29,732 bases of DNA, taken from assembly GCA_037139885.1 (NCBI GenBank), contig JBAXFO010000001.1, positions 1 to 29,732 on the forward strand, read 5' to 3'. Both the position numbers and the translations under genes were made by a program. The stretch is from Planctomycetota bacterium. GTDB taxonomy: Bacteria; Planctomycetota; Planctomycetia; Gemmatales; Gemmataceae. Within the stretch, counting starts at the first letter, position 1. Each line of letters starts with the position of its first letter. Of this stretch, positions 26,635 to 29,732 are shown piece by piece. The notes under the pieces are model-generated. The model was not told the DNA's origin. It ran no database searches and saw nothing but the letters and a program-made list of their open reading frames with translations.

Positions 26635-28248
26635 TCAACGTTCGACGAGAATCGGCAATCGCTCACTACTCATTCTAACGTCGGGCGGCAGGTGTTTGCC
26701 GCGCAATTCGAAATCGAGCGGGGCGAGCAGCCTCTGTTCGAGCAGCGGCCATTGTTCGCGGGAGGCGTTGGATGTCACCAACACGGTCACGCTCGGGGGG
26801 CTGCGGTCGAAGGTGGCGTAGAGCTGTTGCAGCCAAGACTGTTGTTCATGTTGGAGCGGCCGAAAGGTGTAATGCCAATAGTAAACCGCCATGTTTTGCG
26901 AGGGGCCGACGTTGAAACCAAAGCGCTGCACCGTCCGCTGAGGGTCGTCGCCCAACGGCACGGCCGCACGACTTGCGACGTCTTCGGGCAACTGCAAGAC
27001 GTCGCGAATGCACACCTCGGGATGATGCTTGCGGTCCTCGCCGTTCTCGCTGTGCACGACGTAGACATTCGCGCTGACGTTCATTTCCGGCGAATAGAAG
27101 CGGCGGTAGAACAAATCGACCGGTTGATAGGGCAGCTTGGCGCGAATTTCCTTTTCGGGGACGATCGTCTCCATCTCCCAAGTCAACGGCCTCTTGCCCA
27201 CTCTTTCCCAAAGGAGCGTCTTGGGCATGTTGGCGAACGAGTCTCGCAAGGGGGCGTAGGTATTGGTCGGGCCGAGAATCATGTGCGCGAGCAAACCAAG
27301 CTGAAGCGCCAGAGCGACGCCGAGCAGCAGCGTCACGCGCCAAATGCGCGGCGCTGGCGAGGCTTTCGGCTCGTCGCCGCCGGTCGCAGCGGGTTCGGCA
27401 GGAGCTTCGGGGGGCGCGAGAAACCAGAGCAGGCCGAAGAACATAAGGATGCCCAGCGGCAACGTGAACATCGCCGGCACGTCGTGCATTTTGGTCGAAA
27501 TCCAGGTGGGGCCGAAACTGACCAATCCGAGGGCCATGAGAAGCACGCGCACGACATTGGTCGCGATCGCCACCGGAACCGCCAGAACCATGAGCAATGT
27601 CCCACGCAGCCAGCCGACCCGTCCAAGATAACTCACGAGCGCGGCCATGGCGAGAAACGCCATGAGTTGGCGGACGCCGCTGCATTCCTGGCCGACATAG
27701 AGCGTTTCGTTGACGCCGGCGATATGGATCGTATTGCCGCGGCGGAACGACAAGACAAACCAGCTCACGACTTCGCCGCTGATGGCCGTGATGATGTCTT
27801 GCAGCCCCACGGTGATGCGGGTCATCAAGGCCACAGGAAGCGGGAACAAGAAAATGAGGAAGAACGTCGGGAACAGAAGGCGATTGGCCCAGCGACGGCC
27901 GCCGAGCATGACGGCCATCCCCCGGAGCGTCAAAAATAGGGCGATCATTTCAATCGGCAAGAAGCGCAGCACGACGCCGAGAAGATGCAGGATGAGCCCG
28001 ATTATCAGGGTGATCGACCCGAGCGCGGTTTCGCCTTGGCCGGGCAGGGGATGCGCCGCGACGATGAGCCATGTGAGCCAAATGCTGATGGGGACGATGA
28101 AGAAGCCGTGCGTATAACTGCTGTCCAGAATCCAGATGCGTACGAGTTGGGAAAAGAGCGGCACGAACAAGCCGATGAGGCAGACCACGCCCACGAGCAA
28201 CCCGAGAGTTGGGCGGGGGTTCGAGGGTGCAGCGGCGCTTGACGTCAT
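26635..28248 (-). CDS. Exosortase/archaeosortase-family transpeptidase fused to an EpsI-like periplasmic domain
   Basis: N-terminal ~8-TM domain with SSYTHGFFIVP, FLIFLFPLP and the catalytic Cys-Arg-His set VGQECSGVRQL, TNVVRV, KMHD. C-terminal soluble domain with HHPEVC and VYYWHY, as in EpsI-type domains. Confidence 0.88.
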   Translation of the reverse strand: MTSSAAAPSNPRPTLGLLVGVVCLIGLFVPLFSQLVRIWILDSSYTHGFFIVPISIWLTWLIVAAHPLPGQGETALGSITLIIGLILHLLGVVLRFLPIEMIALFLTLRGMAVMLGGRRWANRLLFPTFFLIFLFPLPVALMTRITVGLQDIITAISGEVVSWFVLSFRRGNTIHIAGVNETLYVGQECSGVRQLMAFLAMAALVSYLGRVGWLRGTLLMVLAVPVAIATNVVRVLLMALGLVSFGPTWISTKMHDVPAMFTLPLGILMFFGLLWFLAPPEAPAEPAATGGDEPKASPAPRIWRVTLLLGVALALQLGLLAHMILGPTNTYAPLRDSFANMPKTLLWERVGKRPLTWEMETIVPEKEIRAKLPYQPVDLFYRRFYSPEMNVSANVYVVHSENGEDRKHHPEVCIRDVLQLPEDVASRAAVPLGDDPQRTVQRFGFNVGPSQNMAVYYWHYTFRPLQHEQQSWLQQLYATFDRSPPSVTVLVTSNASREQWPLLEQRLLAPLDFELRGKHLPPDVRMSSERLPILVER

Positions 28249-28325
28249 GCGAAGAGCGTCCTCGATTCGCGACCAAGTCGCGGCGAAGCCCTCCTTTCGC
28301 GAAGGGCCTCACAAGCAACGATCTT

Positions 28326-28355
28326 AGTCTAGCGGACGATCTGGCGTTTCCGCAA
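28326..28355 (-). promoter_or_regulatory. Sigma70-type promoter for the exosortase gene
   Basis: Minus strand reads TTGCGG (28355-28350), 18-nt spacer, TAGACT (28331-28326). Confidence 0.45.
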
Positions 28356-28361
28356 GGGAAG

Positions 28362-29462
28362 TCAATCGATACTCAACGAACCCGGACTCGGCGCGGCCGG
28401 CAAAAACGTCGGCAACGGCACGGCTGGTATCGAAATCTCATCCGAGAGGGGCTGCGGCGGAGCCGAGGGAAGCGGCGGCGGCGGTGCGATGTTCGCGCTG
28501 CGCGGCGACTGAAATCCGCTCGGCATGTTGACGTGAAACGGCTGCTCCACCGAACTGACGATCATGCCGGAACCCGCTCCGATGCTGCCCGTGGAGTCGT
28601 TGAGGGGCAGGCCGCGAGCGACCGACGGATTGACTTCCGGCGGGCGTTCGAGTTCGCGGGAGCGACGCCGCACATCCTGGCGTTCGCGATCCTTCTTGGA
28701 TTTGGGCCCTTCGTCCATGCGTTCGAGGGCGGCCTGGGCTTTTTGCAGGCCCGGTTCGTATTTGAGAGCCATGGCGTAACTGTCGCGGGCTTCCATCCAG
28801 CGTCCTTGCGCGGCCTGGATAAAGCCGATGTTGCACAGGCCTTGAGCCTTGTTGACTGATTTCTCAAACGCCGCCAGGCTTTCGGGATATTGGCCGAGCT
28901 GGGCCAGCGCCATGCCGAGGTTCGCCCAGGCCCGCTTGCTCTTCGGATCGCATTCGACAGCCTTGCGCAAACTCTTCTCGGCGGCTTCGAATTTGCCGCG
29001 GGTGTAATAGCCGTATCCCAGGTCGTTGTGGGCGTCCGCGTCTTTGGGATTGGCCGCGAGCAGCTTGTTGTATTCGTCGAGAGCTTTGTCGAAGTCGCCC
29101 TTGCGATCGTAGAGCATGGCCAGATGCCGGGCGCAGGCGAGATCGCGACGCGGATCGAGTTGCCGGATTTGTTCGTAGTAGATGATCGCTTCGGAGATCT
29201 TGCCCGATTTCTCCATGAGCTGAGCGGTCGCCAGGCAAGCGTCGATCTTCTTTTGTTTGGGAAGTTCCAGCGACGTTCCCGATCCGGAACCGTCGATCGG
29301 CGCCTGGCTCATGGCCGGGAACATGCTTTGGGAAGACTGCGCATTCGAGGAGTTGGGCGCTTGCGACGAGCCGGTCGGACCGGAGGGCAGAAACTGGCAG
29401 CCCGAATTGCCGATCAAGGCAGCCGTAATGAGCACGGCCGCACGACGGATGTGCATCCTCAT
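28362..29462 (-). CDS. TPR-repeat lipoprotein (TadD/PilF-like TPR pattern) with Ser/Gln linker and Pro-rich tail
   Basis: Strong RBS GAGGAGGGGG. Signal peptide ending GNSG-C. About five TPRs (LAMLYDRKGDFDKALDEY...NPKDADAHNDLGYGYYTRGKFEAAEKSLRKAVECDPKSKRAWANLGMALAQLG). Poly-Pro C-terminus. Confidence 0.85.
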   Translation of the reverse strand: MRMHIRRAAVLITAALIGNSGCQFLPSGPTGSSQAPNSSNAQSSQSMFPAMSQAPIDGSGSGTSLELPKQKKIDACLATAQLMEKSGKISEAIIYYEQIRQLDPRRDLACARHLAMLYDRKGDFDKALDEYNKLLAANPKDADAHNDLGYGYYTRGKFEAAEKSLRKAVECDPKSKRAWANLGMALAQLGQYPESLAAFEKSVNKAQGLCNIGFIQAAQGRWMEARDSYAMALKYEPGLQKAQAALERMDEGPKSKKDRERQDVRRRSRELERPPEVNPSVARGLPLNDSTGSIGAGSGMIVSSVEQPFHVNMPSGFQSPRSANIAPPPPLPSAPPQPLSDEISIPAVPLPTFLPAAPSPGSLSID

Positions 29463-29606
29463 GAGTCCCCCTCCTCAGCTCTCGTGAGCCGATCTCTGAA
29501 GTCGCAACAAGGAATCCCCCCCTTGTCGCGGCTGAATGAATACCCGAACGAGCGATCCTTGCAAGACCGAAATCGAAGGATTCGCCCGGATTGCGTCGAT
29601 TTTGTC

Positions 29607-29661
29607 GAGCGACGCTTCGTCGAGGCGTGTTAACGTCACACCCTTCCACGAAGCGTCGCTC
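29607..29661. repeat. Long intergenic inverted repeat (REP-like hairpin, separate family)
   Basis: Perfect 14-bp arms GAGCGACGCTTCGT (29607-29620) and ACGAAGCGTCGCTC (29648-29661), with imperfect inner pairing. Confidence 0.7.
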
Positions 29662-29732
29662 TGGCAGGCGTTCCTCGGCATGCGATCTTCGGTTAGAACG
29701 AAGGCGACGGGAAGTTGCCGCCGCCGCCGAAG

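Noticed and set aside
16957-27939. Long antisense or alternate-frame ORFs (16957..17745, 18424..19848, 20115..21455, 23113..24540, 23322..24281, 26458..27939)
   Set aside because: Shadow ORFs of real genes with Arg/Gly/Ala-rich or motif-free translations.

Overview
GC-rich bacterial chromosome segment. Gene content and style (DUF4058, exosortase-EpsI fusion, giant TPR proteins, DUF4349 repeat protein) suggest Planctomycetota, probably Gemmatales; this is inference. About 21 protein-coding genes. Housekeeping and metabolic genes: MDR-type dehydrogenase, Ca2+/H+ antiporter, tartrate/D-malate-type dehydrogenase, argH, head-to-head aspS/asnS, HtrA-like protease, algH/yqgE, OsmC-like protein, thiS-thiG fusion, ABC-2 permease, SAM methyltransferase, miaE and a class I/II aminotransferase. 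Envelope genes at the right end: TPR lipoprotein, exosortase-EpsI fusion and a 1353-aa TPR protein. No rRNA, tRNA, CRISPR array or transposase was seen. Most notable observations: (1) an 839-aa ORF fusing the sigma-2 half of an ECF sigma factor, without sigma-4, in frame to a DUF4349 protein with 103-aa repeats, with a perfect 22-bp palindrome at the apparent junction; (2) three copies of a GTTC-tagged REP-doublet (REPIN-like) element plus three unrelated long intergenic hairpins; (3) the exosortase/TPR cluster; (4) a small basic wHTH-like orphan behind a strong-looking promoter, a candidate nucleoid-associated protein; (5) an AspRS with a rewritten anticodon-domain motif facing asnS; (6) several apparently leaderless genes. 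All family calls come from motif recognition, not database searches.
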